Assembly: GCF_009914755.1 (NCBI RefSeq)
Contig: NC_060944.1
Strand: one strand, 5' to 3'
Origin: the human T2T-CHM13v2.0 reference genome, Homo sapiens
Length of the DNA: 64,000 nt
Position 1 is the stretch's first letter, and every line of letters starts with the position of its first letter. The position numbers and the translations under genes were made by a program. The notes under the pieces were generated by a model. The model had not been told where the DNA came from. It saw only the letters and a list, made by a program, of their open reading frames with translations, and did not search any database. Below are positions 43,930-60,112 of the stretch, in pieces.

Positions 43930-44029
43930 AATTATCTTTCTTTTCTAACATACATTTAAGGCTGTAAAATTTCCTTTAAATACTATTTCAACTACCTGCC
44001 ACAATTTTTTGCTATGTAATATTTTTGTA

Positions 44030-44390
44030 AAGTCAGATTTGTTGAGGTTTAATTTATATGCTATAGAACATGCTCCTTTTAGGTGTACAGTTGGATGAGT
44101 TTTAATAGAAATATACAGTTGTATAAATACCACCATAATCAAGCTATAGAACATTTCTAATATCCCATCAAGTTCCCTTATGCCCTGTTTTTTGTCCCTA
44201 AAGTTTTGTCTTTTCTGGGATGTCAGATGAATGGAATTGTGCAGTATATAGCCTTTTGTGTTTGGCCTCATTCACTTAGCATACTGTTCTGAGATTTGTT
44301 CATTTGTTGCATATGTCTGGAGTTTGTTCCTTTTTATTGCTGAGTAGTTTCCATTGTATGGATATTACCAGAATTTATCTGTTCACTACT
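44030..44390 (-). mobile_element. L1MB/MC/ME-type 3' end
   Basis: Motifs ttttaggtgtacagttggatgagttt and gaatggaattgtgcagtatatagccttttgtg. Confidence 0.75.
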
Positions 44391-44586
44391 ACTTTATTTT
44401 CAGTGGGAGAAAATGAGAGTATTTTAATTCTGCATTTGGACTGTAAATATCATCCAGACTCTTCTGGATTGGAAAGTATCTTGGCATTTTTCAAATACAA
44501 ATATTTATTTAGGTTTTATCATTTTGAAAGTTCTTCCATTAGTGGGCAAACATGAGCTCATGTGTATTCACTTGCACGCTTCCTCC

Positions 44587-45210
44587 TGTAGCAGTCTGGG
44601 TTCAGAGAGGAGATAGAAACCACACAGTAGATTAAAGAGGGGAAATTTAATATAATAAGTATTACCTATGATAAAAGAGTAACTATCAGATATGAAGAAA
44701 CTCTGTAGCGTTCCCTAAGGCTGAGGGCGTATATCCAAGGAAGGACAAACTGCCAGGGCTTCAGACCTCATTGGAGAAGATGTGGTTCAGCCCATGGAAT
44801 CACAGAGGAGTTTGCTGGTTTGACAAGACTGGAGCTGATCCAAAGTCTCTGGGCAAGCCGTCGTTTACCTTCTGGAGTGCTGGCAGAGAGCAGGCCATCC
44901 AGTGGGTTACTGGCCATCCGGTGGGTAGCAGGGTGTGGGCCCTGGCTGGGCCAGGAGGCCTTTAGAACACAAGAGCCATGTGGAGGCTTTAGTGGCCATG
45001 TCAGCTGAGCTCCCAAAACGTTAGGATAGGCTGAGTCTGCAAGGTCACAGAAAGACCACGTTCTAGGCTGTCGCTGGGCCACAGTGTCGATGGTCCTCAC
45101 ACCCACATTGCCATCTCCCATGCTGGACACTTAGGACAGCCTCTTCCTCCCAGTGCTCTACTGAGAAAACTTCACAGCACACGTTCTTCAGAGAAATGAT
45201 TATCACAGAA
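44587..45210. mobile_element. Probable ancient solo LTR, family not identified
   Basis: tg start with cagtctgggttcagagaggagatagaaaccacac..gggaaatttaatata, resembling old ERV LTR ends; GC-richer block. Confidence 0.45.
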
Positions 45211-45951
45211 TGCATCTAGAAGGGTGCACTTGGATCTTAGAGGTAACACACTATCCCTATTCTTTTAAAAAGAAGTGCTATCAAGTCAAGAGCAGTAATA
45301 ACTATATGCTTGTGTTATTAACAATCAGACCCTTCATGAGGGGAAAAGAGTTTATGAAAATTAGAACTTACGTAGTTTTAAGTAACAAAGATATGTTTAT
45401 AGACAAATAGAACTATATCTTCCCATGGGACCTGTGTTATATACTAATCATGATATTGTCCCTATTCTCCCCTCTCCCAGTCATTGGAATCATAGATTCC
45501 AAGTTGTAAGTCAGACCCCAGATTGGAAGCACTTTCTTTGTTCAAGATGTTTGCTCATTATAGAAAACATTTAGGAAGCACATTTTAAAGAACGGTTTTA
45601 TACCAGAGAAGCTAAGTGTTTTTAACTCTGAGCCTAGATGAGCTTACTGCTAGGAGTATAGTGTTTAAACCTTTCAAAATGAAAAACTAGGACACATGGT
45701 CTTTACAAAATTTTTTTCTGGTTTAGGAATTTATACACATTTGAGAAGTATTACCATGGCATAAATTAATTCACATTTGATTATACCAATTAAACAGTTG
45801 CCGAAAAGAATAAAAGACTATCCTAAAATATTTAGGCTATATACATACTAATGCTTTTACAGAATAAGGATTAAACAAACCTATCTTTTTTAGAGTCTTC
45901 AACCAGAAAAATGAACAAATGATAAAAACTTATATTTAGCAGTTTGAAGGT

Positions 45952-45952
<1 letters not shown>

Positions 45953-45980
<28 letters not shown>
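45953..45980. repeat. (CA)n microsatellite
   Basis: Seen directly. Confidence 0.95.
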
Positions 45981-45982
<2 letters not shown>

Positions 45983-46896
45983 CTACCCCTATCTAGACCT
46001 ATTTTATGTTTTTGACACTGTAGAGAGTTCAAGTCCTAAGACTTTATGGCCATTATAAAAAGATTCTGACATGCTTTGTGGAATTCTTGTCTGCTTTTGT
46101 TGCAGATTTTTTTTTTTCTTTCAAAGGATTGCTTGAGAGGGTATTTCTTTTTTGGGTATTTAGGTTGTGAATCTCACCCTTCATTACATGGGAGTACCCA
46201 GCAGTAAGGCTTACAGAGTGTTATATACTTTCCAGAAACTGAGTGCTATGTACTTGCAATCTTTTCCACGCTAAGAAATCCCCAATTTTAAAACTTCAAC
46301 CTGCAAAGTAGCTTACTTAGGGAATTTCTATTTGTATTCTTGACAAGTTTTCTGTAAGCATTCTTTTTTCTTTTATGTGTTTAAAATTGGATCCTATTTA
46401 GTCTGAAGATGCCTTTTAAGACTGCATCTATTAAATAAAGTGAGATCAATTTGCATTTTAGCTTTCAAATTTTGCTGGGGATTCTTTGGGCTTTTTTTAT
46501 TTGGCAGGAAGAGAGAGAAGCAGCTTGGCCTTTTTGCTATCTCGGAAATTTCCAGCCCAAGAAAGCATACAGAGACATAGCTCGCAGGGTTTCTTATGTG
46601 ATTAGCTAGCTCTTTTCCTGAATTATTAAGCTGCATTAAAACAGTAGCTCGGTGCAGTTGGTGTTTTAGGTTTTCATACCTTCTGAAAGATTAATATTCC
46701 TACAAGAATAAGGTTATTTTTGATGCCTCCCTTTAGTGCTTTCAAACATCAAGAGCCTCGCATTCTTGTACTCTACCTTCTGTAGACATTTACAATTATT
46801 CTAGGAGGTGTAATGGGTGTTTACTAACTTCCTGAAAGTGTTTCTCTCACAGATTGGCTTCCTTAAGTGTGAAATTTATACACCAATTTAAAACTA

Positions 46897-47606
46897 CAGT
46901 GTCCCCCTTGTCAATGGGGGAATATGTTCCAAGACCCCCCACTGGACACCTGAAACCGTAGATAGTACTGAACCCCATTGCCATCAGTCAGAACGTTTCT
47001 GTTCATGTCTTTCACCCACAAATTTAATCCCTTTTCTATCTTAACCAAGCGCTTATCACACAACTGTGGTTGAAACTTTTGCTCCTTGAGGTATGACAGC
47101 AAAACTAGCATGTATTTCTTTTTCCTTCTTCACAGTATCATGGGTAGAAGATTCATTCTTACTGTAATCTTAGCAGCCTTAGTGTATGATTTTTTGTTGT
47201 TAGCCAACAATGTTCATCTTTTCACTTAAAGGAAGCACATCATGGTTTCTCTTCGGCATATGTGAATTGCCAGCATCACTACTCTTGCATTTTGGGTCTA
47301 TTATTAAGTGAAATAAGGGTTCCCTGAACACAAATACTGTGATACCAATTCTGCAACAGTCCATTTGATAACCAGGGTGACTACTGAGTGACTGAGGGGT
47401 GGGTAGTGTGTATAGCATGGTTATGCTGGACAAAGGGATGATTCACATCCCAAGCGGGATAGAGCAGGACAGCGCAGGATTTCATCATGCGTCTCAGAAT
47501 GGCACACAGTTAAAACTTAGGAATTGATTATTTCTGGAAGTTTCCATTTAATATTTTCAGACTTTGGTTGACTGTGGGTAACTGAAACTACAGATAAGGG
47601 GGAATA
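46897..47606. mobile_element. MER44-family element, opposite orientation to the 24090 copy
   Basis: TA|cagtgtccccctt start; gaattgccagcatcactactcttg and tttccatttaatattttcagac are reverse complements of motifs in the 24090 copy. Confidence 0.85.
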
Positions 47607-49715
47607 TAATATACTCTTAAAATAGAATTTTTCTTAAAGAGCAATCATAAGCAACCAGGACTAGAGAATTTTTTTCATTTTTTTCCTTGTAATTTTATTG
47701 CAAGTAGGATACTGAATTAGTTGCTTATTTTGATTTTGGTATGCATGGATCAATTTTGAGTAATTGATACAACTTTATTTAATGAACTTAAATTATCCTC
47801 TTAGGCTTATGTATTGATTACATACTTTCAAAGCTGAAATGCTTGAGAGAACCCAGTAAAAAGTCAGTATCATTTTCAAACAAAGGCTTAAAGATTAAGG
47901 ATCTATTTCTTTATTAAATATTTATTAAGAATTATTTTTTGCTGGCCTGCTCTCTGAAAATATATTAGATATAGTCTTTAATCTCAAATAGGTCCTACTT
48001 TAGTAAAAGAAAAAGATACAGGATTGAGAGAGGAGTTGGAGCTTGTGCTGAGCTGGAAGGTTGAATGGGCAGCCCCCTAAGCAGAAGACAGAATTAGATC
48101 CAGCAGAAGCTTGGAGGTGTAAAAAAGCATGGCACCTGAAGGAATTGGGAGTTGTTGTTAGTATTTCTGACTAATGAGCTCATAAGTCTTTTCGTTTATT
48201 TAACCTAATTTGATTAGTTCTCTGTATCTCAAATGTGTTACTTGATATAACCAAACTTGCATTTCATTTTTAAAAGTTAAAATTCAGACCTTTCCCTGAT
48301 TTAGAATGACCCCCTCTTCTCTGCACTATAAATGTGTGACGAGATAATGTTTTTTTTCCCATAGACTCTGACCACAGGGATTCTTCCATCTGTCAATTCC
48401 TATAGCACATGTTGCCTTGACACACAGTTGGCCAGGCTTTACAGTCAGACACGCTAAGGTTCCTATCCTAATTCAACCACTTACAACCTCTGGGACCAGA
48501 GGCAAATGCCTATATCTCTCTAAGCCTCCAGTGTCTGCGTCTGTAAGATGAGGGGTAAGAGCACTTATTTCTTGGACTGTTGTGAGGATTACTCGAGATA
48601 ATGCATGTAAGGTGCTGAGCACAATGTCCAGCACATAGAACTCAATTAAAAGTATCTCTAATTAATGTTAGTGATCATTAGCCCTCACTAATACCCTAGA
48701 CTGTAGCTTGTTTTCATGACTTCCCTACCTCTTTTCTCTCCACAACTAGCGTGAAGGGAGCATGCCATATACTTTTTTTGTCCCATACCCACTCTTACTC
48801 ACCCATACTCCTCGATCCTTACATGGGTTCTGACACAGAGTGGGTACTGGCTACATTTTTAAAAAGATGTAATGCTAGATATCAGCAAGTAAACCTTGGG
48901 GGATAGGAAAGTTTCTGATGGGTTCTTGCTGTGGAGAATCAAGGTCAAAATGATAGGGAAAAAAATCTGTGTTTGGTCAAAACTGTATTACCTTTGGTCA
49001 AAGGCTGTTCTAAAACTCACAGAACAAAAACAAAACAAAACAAAACAGGTGCTTTGTGAATTCCATAGCAAGTCGTAAAAGCTCATGCCAGAATAGAGTT
49101 GGAATAAATTCTAAGCATGCAAAATACTACTTTAAGAATTTTGTCCTGTAAATTTGAGAATGTTTTTTAATTACGGTAGCTCCCAAACCTTAACTATGGT
49201 TTTGCTTTCCATGGCTTCAGTTACCCACAACCACCGAATATTAAATAGAAAATTCCAGAAATAAACAATTCATGAATTTTAAATTATGCGTCATCCTGAG
49301 TAGTATGAGGAAACCTTGTGCCATCCTGCTCCATCCTGCCTGGGACATGAATCATTGCTCTGTTCAGCATATCCACTCGGTTGCACCCATTAGTCACTTA
49401 GTAGGCATCTTGGTTATCATAAAGACTGTTGTGGTATTGGTATTACAGTGCTTGTGTTTAACCCTTTTGTTTTATTTTAGTATGGAAATTTTTTTTTTTT
49501 TTTTTTTTACTTTTAGGTTCAGGGGTACATGTGCAGTTTTTTACATAGGTAAACTGCATGTCTCTGAGGTTTGATGTAGATTATTTCATCACCAAGTAAT
49601 TAGCATAGTACCCAATAGGTGATTTATTGATCTTTTCCCTTCTCCCACTCTCCACCCTCCAGTAATCCTCAGTGTCTATTGTTCACCTGTATGTACTCAT
49701 GTTTTTGTTGTTTAG

Positions 49716-50075
<360 letters not shown>

Positions 50076-50553
50076 TCAGTATTTGTTTTTCTGTTCCTGT
50101 GTTAGTTTGCTTAAGATAATGGCCTCCAACTCCATCCATGTTGCTGCAGAGGACATGATCTTGTTCTTTTTTATGGCTACACAGCATTCCATGGTGTATA
50201 TGGACCATATTTTCTTTATCCAGTCTACCGTTGATGAGCATTTAGGTTAATGCCATGTCTTTGCTATTGTGAATAGTGCTGTGATGAACATTATTGTGCA
50301 TGTGTCTTCATGATTTATATTCCTTTAGGCATATACCCAGCAATGGGATTGCTGGGCCAAATGGTAATGCTGTTTTAAGTTCTTTGAGGAATCACCACGC
50401 TGCTTTCTGCAATAGCTGAACTAATTTACATTCCCACCAGCAGTGTGTAAGCATTCTCTTTTCTCCACAACCTCGCCAGCATCTATTATTTTTTGACTTT
50501 TTAGTAATAGCAAAAAATTCTGACTGATGTGAGACGATAATCTTACTGTGGGG

Positions 50554-51210
<657 letters not shown>

Positions 51211-51396
51211 TCATTGTGGTTTTCATTTGCATTTCTCTAATGATTAATGATGTTGAGCACTTTGAATATGCTTGTTGGCCACATGTACATCTTCTTTTGA
51301 AAAGTGTCTGTTCATGTCCTCTGCCCACTTTTTAACAGGAAGGTTTGTTTTTTGCTTATAAATTCGTTTAAGTTCCTTGTGGATTCTGGATATTAG

Positions 51397-52013
<617 letters not shown>

Positions 52014-54030
52014 AAGGGGGGGGGTCCAGTTTTAATCTTCTGCATATGGCTAGCCAATTATCCCAGGACCATTTATTGAATAGGGATTCCTTTCCCCATT
52101 GCTTGTTTTTGTCAGCTTTGTCGACGATCACTTGGTTGTAGGTATACAGCCTTATTTCTAGGCTTTCTGTTCTGTCCCACTGATCTGTATGTCTGTTTTT
52201 GTACCAGTGCCATGCTGGTTTGGTTACTGTAGCCTTGTAGCCTAGTTTGAATTTGGTTAAACCAACTTCAAACCTGCAGCTTTGTTTTTTTTTTGCTTAG
52301 CATTGCCTTGGTGTTTTGGGCTTTTAAAAAATTCTGTATGAATTTTTAAACTGTTTTTTTCTAATTCTGTGAAGAATGTCATTAGTAATTTGATAGGAAT
52401 AGCATTGAATCTGTAAATTGCTTTGGGCAGTATAGCCATGTTAACAATGATTCTTCCCATCTATGAACATGGAATGTTTTTTCATTTGTTGGTGTCATCT
52501 TTGATTTCTTTGAGCACTGTTTTATAATTCTTTAAGTAGAGATCTTTCACTTCCCTGGTTAGCTGTATTCTATTCACATATCTTTTATTTCCCTGGTATT
52601 TTATTTTTTTGTGGCTATTGTGAATGGGACTGAGTTATTGATTTGGTTCTCAGTTTGGACATTGGTATATAACAATGCTACTTATTATATTTTTGTACAT
52701 TGATTTTATATACTGAAACTTTGCTGAAGTGGTTTATCAGATCAAGGAGCTTTTGGGCAAAGTCTATAGGGTTTTCTATGTATAGAATTATATTGTCTGC
52801 AAACAGATAGTTTGACTTCCCTTCTTCCTGTTTGGATGTCTTGTATTTCTTTCTCTTGTCTCATTGCTCTGGGAGGACTTCCAGTACTGTTGAATAGGAG
52901 TGGTGAGAAAGGGCATCCTTGACTTGTTCTGGTTTTCAGAGGGAATGCTTCCAACTTTTGCCCATTTAGTATGATGTTTGCTGTGGGTTTTTAGTAAATG
53001 GGTATTACTATTTTGAAGTAGTTTCTTCAGTTACTAGTTTGTTGAGGTTTTTTTTTTTTTAACATGAAGGGATGTTGAATTGCATCAAAAGCCTTTTCTG
53101 CATCTGAAGTAATCATGTGGTTTTTGTTTTTAGTTCTGTTTATATGATGAATCACATTTATTGATTTGTGTATGTTGAACCAATCTTGCATCTCAGGGAT
53201 AAAGACTACTTGATAGTGGTGGATTAACCTTTTTATGTGCCGCTGGATTCGATTTGCTAGTATTTTGTTGAGGATTTTCACATCCATGTTCCTCGAGAAA
53301 AATGGCCTGAAGTTTTTTTGTTTTTGTTTTTGTTTTTTGGTGGTTGTTGTTGTTGTATCTCTGTCAGGTTTTGGTGTCTGGATGATAGACATAGATGGAC
53401 ACCTCATAGAATAGGTTAGGGAGGAGTCCCTCCTCCTCAATTTTCTGGAATAGTTTCAGTAGGATTGGTACCAACTCTTCCTTATACATCTGATAGAATT
53501 CAGCTGTGAATCCATCTGGTCCTGGTCCTGGTTCTACTTTTTTGTAGCTTGTGAGTATAGAGGTGTTCATAATAGGTTCTGGGAATTTTTTGTATTTCTG
53601 TGAGGTCAGTGGTAATGTCCTCTTTGTCATTTCTGATTTTGTTTATTTGGCTCTTCTCTCTTTTTTTATTAGTCTAGCTAGTGGTCCATCTATCTTATTA
53701 TTTATTTATTTATTTTTTTTCAGAAAACCAATTCCTGGATTCATTGGTCTTTTGCATGTTTTTTCACATCTCAGTTTCCTTCAGTTCAGCTTTGATTTTG
53801 GTTATTTATTTTTGTTAGCTTTGGGGTTGGTTTGCTTTTCTTTCTCTAGTTCCTCTAGTTTATATGAGTAACCCTTATTTTACTTAATAATGGCCCCAAA
53901 GCATAAGAGTTGTGATGCTGGCAATTTGGATTTGCCAAAGAGAAGCTGTAAAATGCTTCCTTGTTTATCTCTTACTGTGCCTAATTTAAAAATTAAACTT
54001 TATCATAGGTATATATGTATAGGAAAAAAT

Positions 54031-54079
54031 TGTGTATGTGTATATATATACACACATTATATACATATGTATATACACA

Positions 54080-54119
<40 letters not shown>
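54031..54119. repeat. Mixed (TA)/(CA)n microsatellite
   Basis: Seen directly. Confidence 0.9.
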
Positions 54120-54120
<1 letters not shown>

Positions 54121-57100
54121 TATCTAGCTAGATAGTACCAAAATATATACATCTGTGGTTTTGGACATCCACTGGAATGTATCCCTTGTGGATAGGGGGG
54201 ACTACTGTAATCACAAAAAACTAACAGTATGCAAGTACTTCATATTTTATAAAATGTTATTTAAAGAAGAAAACTTGTTTTTTGTGTTTGCCATTTATTA
54301 AATCATATTCTTTATACATACACGTGTGTACACGCACGATGTACTGAGTCTCCTCTCTAGGCTCTGTGGACAAAGTCTTTGGGTTATTTGAACGCAGTCT
54401 TCTAAGAGATCCGTGTCAGAGGTCTTGTCATTACATCACCATGCCTGCTTGAAGCCAGATTTCTTTGATTCACCCAGGCTTATGATCTGCATTTCATTCC
54501 AGTCTTCTTGGTAAATATTTTTTATATATGTGGTCAAGTTCTCTTTGTTTGGAATTTTGATAATGAGAACTGCAAGTGTTGATTAATTATAAACCTAAAA
54601 TGGGATTGAGGCAATTGTTAACTCGTCGTGGTTTTGCTGCTTTCCCTCCTTATTGGAGAAGAATTAGGAAGACTTTATAGGGGACTGATGGAAAAATAAT
54701 TTGGCGTGACCATAATTTGAGTCAGAGAAAGTCTCTTATTAAAATTCCCACAAGGCTTATTTAAGGAGCAAGATCTTTTGAAACTAATGGTGTGGTACTT
54801 ACTTAATCCACACAAGTTATGATTTGATTGTCATCTTCTTTGATTTTTCTGCTTGGCTTTCTGTCATCTGATGAGAGATTACTGCATTACCTGAGAATCT
54901 CATCTTATTAGAGTCACCTCTACCTAAACTAGAATCCATTCCTAAATAGTAACATACTCGCATCAAGAAAGAGTAAGTATCCTCGGTACTAAATTAGTGC
55001 TCTAGATGCCTTTGTACATTTTTTCTGTTGCACTTTTCCGGACTTTCTAGTGGCCAGTGTTGAGGTATGGGATGGTATGATGGTGGCTTCATTCAACTTT
55101 TTAGCTTCTATCGAGCTTCCCTGTCATCTTGCTAAATTCCAAAGGTGTGTTCTTTCCTCATTCTTGGTCACAACAAAACATCACCTGAGACGGGATCAGT
55201 CTGACTCGCCCAACCAGAAGGGATGATGTGTTTGAGAAATCCTGTTTGTGACACTGGAGGAAGAATTGTGACTGTTCATATATGATACATATGGAATTGA
55301 AACTTGTCCTTAAAAGCTCTGGCAGGTCTCTCTTTGATGGTTTTTAGGGACAATAGACTTTTGAGGTGAGAGTTTGTAGTGGCAGAGGAGCAGAACTTTG
55401 AAATAGGCCTAAACCCTGTACTTTGGATATGGGCCAGACCCATTTGTGTTCCCTATGGGGCTGGTTGACAAGGGAAGAGGAAGCTCTACTATACATTCTC
55501 ATGTGTTTAGTGTAGCTTAACTCTGCTGATTCAAGATGGGCTAATTGTCAGTGTAATTCCTTTGAGTTATCTCTGTGATGAAGTATCAGCTGGAGCTTGC
55601 CAGTGGCACTCTGGGCCAATTATGCAGCCGACTTTGAAAAATGGTATGATTCAGAATGTCAGAGTTGCTAAGGTGATTTATGAAGAAATCAGTTCCCATC
55701 AGCCTTCATTATTCATAGTGATGCTGGGAATCAGGACTTTGCAGTGACCTGGCCCAGAGGAAATAAACCAGGTGGGTATGATTTAGGGTTTCTCACATAG
55801 AGTTCAATAGAGGTGCCTCTGTGTATGTGGTATGTGTCCTGTACCGTGTTGTGAGCTCATCTTAGAGCAACAGCAGCTATTATTTACATTACATACTTCC
55901 TCCATTTCCCAAAAAAGGATATAAGGTGGTAGCCTTCACTTACCCACTTTCTTTCTGGTGGATGCATGACATTATGTTATATACCTTACCAATACCTCCA
56001 AACCTCACAACCGCTGTTGTAGAACGAATAATGTCCTCCATTGAAAAATGAGAAAATTGAGGCACATATTAGATGATTTATGCAAAGGCATCCAACTACC
56101 AAGGGCAGAACTCGTATAGAACCCGGTCCATCTGACTTAACACCAGTGCTCTTGCCCCTAACCTGAGCTGCTTCTCTGACAGGTGTATTGCCCTTTATAT
56201 TCATGTTGCCCAGCAGTGTTCCTGGCCTAGCGTAGCTGCCAATAAAATTGATTGATTTGATTTGAATCATATTCAGCACCCTGGAGTCACTGCACGTCAG
56301 CAGCAGCACCATGTGTGTAGTAGGCACTTGGTGCCTACTACAAAAGGCACAAAAGCAGCAAAGTAGATAGCATACCCATTTTACAGATGAGAAAACGGAA
56401 TCTCAGAGAGGACAAGTAACTTGCCTAAAGTCACCCGTTACCACTAGTGGCATTTCTGAATGTGAGGGCCATCTGATGTATCTAATATCAGCTAAATTCA
56501 TAATTCTTCCAGTCTTCCACATTTTTCACAAACACACTCCCATTTCCAGAAACCCTTCATGTTTCTTCCAGTTGCTTGTTGTCTCTTCTAATTCCTTGTT
56601 GTATCACTTAAATTATTTTCCCACTCTTATCCTCAGTGACCTCATCTCTAAAAGGAGGATAATGATGATACCTACCTTACAGATGGATTAAATAAAATAG
56701 TGCAGACAAAATGTTGAGTTCAGCATTTAACAGATGCAAATGGTGAAGTAATTAACATACTTCTTCCATATCTATGTGTAGAATCCAACAGTAACACAGC
56801 ATTTGTATCCTGCTAACAGAGTGAGGCTGAACTTTAAACTAAAAATATGTCTACTTTAAGATACAACACATTTCCAGAGATCACATCTTTTAAGAGAAAT
56901 CTCATCTGCACAAATGTTGTTGCTTTTACTTATTCAGACATCCTTTGGCAGACATCAGACCTCATCAGACTGGGTAAAGGCGATGGTGAGAGAATTCTAG
57001 GTGTTAGACAATAGTGAGTGAGTTCCCATAAGACATTAGTACTGTCAGGCTCGGAGCCCGTCCTCTTCCTTTACCCAAGACTGATGTGTTGCTTAGCCTT

Positions 57101-58473
57101 ATGATGGCAAGGAAATTCTAAATAACCATGATTAAGAGGCTTATTTTAGTTTCTCCTTCCACTGTGATCTCTCCCAGAAAGAGACTCAGAAATCCTTATA
57201 CTTGGTCTGATCTCTTCAGCAAAACCCACCTTCAGTAGCAAGCCTGTGGCTCTAGGGTTGGCCCTTATTTTGTCTTGTCCAGCAGGATGGTGTCTCTTAT
57301 TCTTTTGATGATCTCATTCTTTCCAAAGTGTATTTCTTATAACAGAAGTTCTTTTTTGTTTGAATAAACAGTTTAAATGGACATGCCTTTAGAGATAACT
57401 TAGCCAGGACTGGAGCCCTGCTTCTTATCAGACAGTACAAAACACAGACATTCTCATTAAGTGAACAGAGATTTCCTTTGATTTCAAAAGAATGTTAAGG
57501 GGAATTACTTTTAAGTTTAAAAGCTCCTTGAGGGCAGAACGCACTTCTTATTCTACACTGACTCTTCTTAGCACCCATCCAGAACCTTGTTGCATATGAT
57601 GATGCCCCATGTAAGCTTGCTTCATTGGTTTCAGTGGCTTTTGTTCTTAGTTGACTAGAAATGAAGGATAATTTATTCATTTCTTCAACCAGTATTACGT
57701 TTAGCATAGTAAACAAGACAAGGTCAATCCCTTACAGAACTTATATCCTAGTAAGAGAGACAAGTAAAAGAAAATAAATAAAAATAATTACAAGGTACAT
57801 AATTGTTTTGAAGAAAACAAGAGTCTGAGATAGAGGATAATGGAGAGGAGGCAGTCTTTCTAGATAAGATGGTCAGAAAAGGCTTGCCTGCATCCTCTGA
57901 GGAGTTGACATCTAAACTAAAACCTGTAGGTTAAGGAAGAACAGGGCATGAACCATGCAGGCAGAAGATTCATTAACTCTGTAGGCCACTGAGGCTGGAA
58001 AAAGTATGGCCTGTTTGAGGATCTGAAATAAAGTGTAGCTGTAGGGTCCTGAGCAAAAGAGGGAGTAATAGATTATGAAGTTGGAGGGGAGGCAGGGGCC
58101 AGCCATATGAGGCCCATGTAGCCACTCATGAGTTGGATTTTATTCTCAGTGCAATAGGAAAGAAACCTAAGGGTGAGGTGATTGGATTCATTTCTGTGTT
58201 TTTAATTATGTTTGTTGCTGTGAGATGATGGCAGCCTGGACCAAGGTAGATGGAGATGGAAAAAAGTGGTTGGGTTTGAGTTATACCAATATTTCAGGGA
58301 CAAAATTGATAGGACTGCTAAAGGATTGGATGTTGGCAGGAGGCGGGGGTGAGGGAAAAGGAAGGATCAGGGATGATTTTGAGCAAATGGAAGAATGATG
58401 ATACCATTCCTGAGATGGGGAAGACTGGGGAGTAAGGAGACAAGATTTGGGGATGAGGAAGGGATGTGACTCA

Positions 58474-58978
<505 letters not shown>

Positions 58979-59578
58979 CAGATTTTTCACGAGATAATCA
59001 GGGACTGAAATATCCAGTGGGAGCTGATCTGGATGTGCGAGTATGGAGTATGGGTATCACAGAATAGAGAGGATATTCACATCCTATGGGATAGATGAGG
59101 TACTGAATGGGTGATATTTCCCATACCTCGTGAAAACAGCTCAAGCTACTTACATGGCTGGATTGAGAATTTGCTGCTTCAAGATTCTGGCTGTAGCAAA
59201 ACTGTAGAATCACAGTTATTTTACTGCAAGATATTCATTTGAAATGTATTTATGCCACCAAGGACCAGGAAGGTGAAATGCTACACTTGGCGCCATGAAA
59301 CTATTGTCTGAGCTTGTTTTTCGGAAAAATCCATATCTGGATGATATGACTGAGTCATCAGCAGTGCCTGGCTGGCTGTGTTGTAATAGGTCAGATGTAA
59401 CTTAAGCCCCAAAGTTCTTAGGACAGCCATAAATTAGTCTGAAGGTGGCTGAGATAAGGCAAGGGTGCTTGTTGCCTCCAGATTAGAATCAAGGGCAACA
59501 AAACTGCCTAGAAATTGGAAACCCAGGAGAAGCTTTAGGCTAGAGACAGGCAGCAATACTTTGTGACAATTTTACTAA

Positions 59579-59965
<387 letters not shown>

Positions 59966-59974
59966 TGAATACCT

Positions 59975-60112
59975 TCTTCAAAATGCAAAATCCTGTACCT
60001 CACCTCCCAGGGAGTCTTATTAAGTAGCTTTGGACTGGGGCTCAGGAATCTGTGTTTTTAGCAAGTGATTCTGATACAGGTGATCCATAGGTCATACACT
60101 GAGAAACATTGA
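59975..60112. mobile_element. MER5-family hAT fragment
   Basis: ggggctcaggaatctgtgtttttagcaagtgattctgat...gagaaacattg. Confidence 0.7.

Noticed and set aside
52257-53630. Reverse-transcriptase-like ORFs as an active retroelement
   Set aside because: Fragmented, frameshifted, 5'-truncated L1 ORF2 interrupted by Alus.
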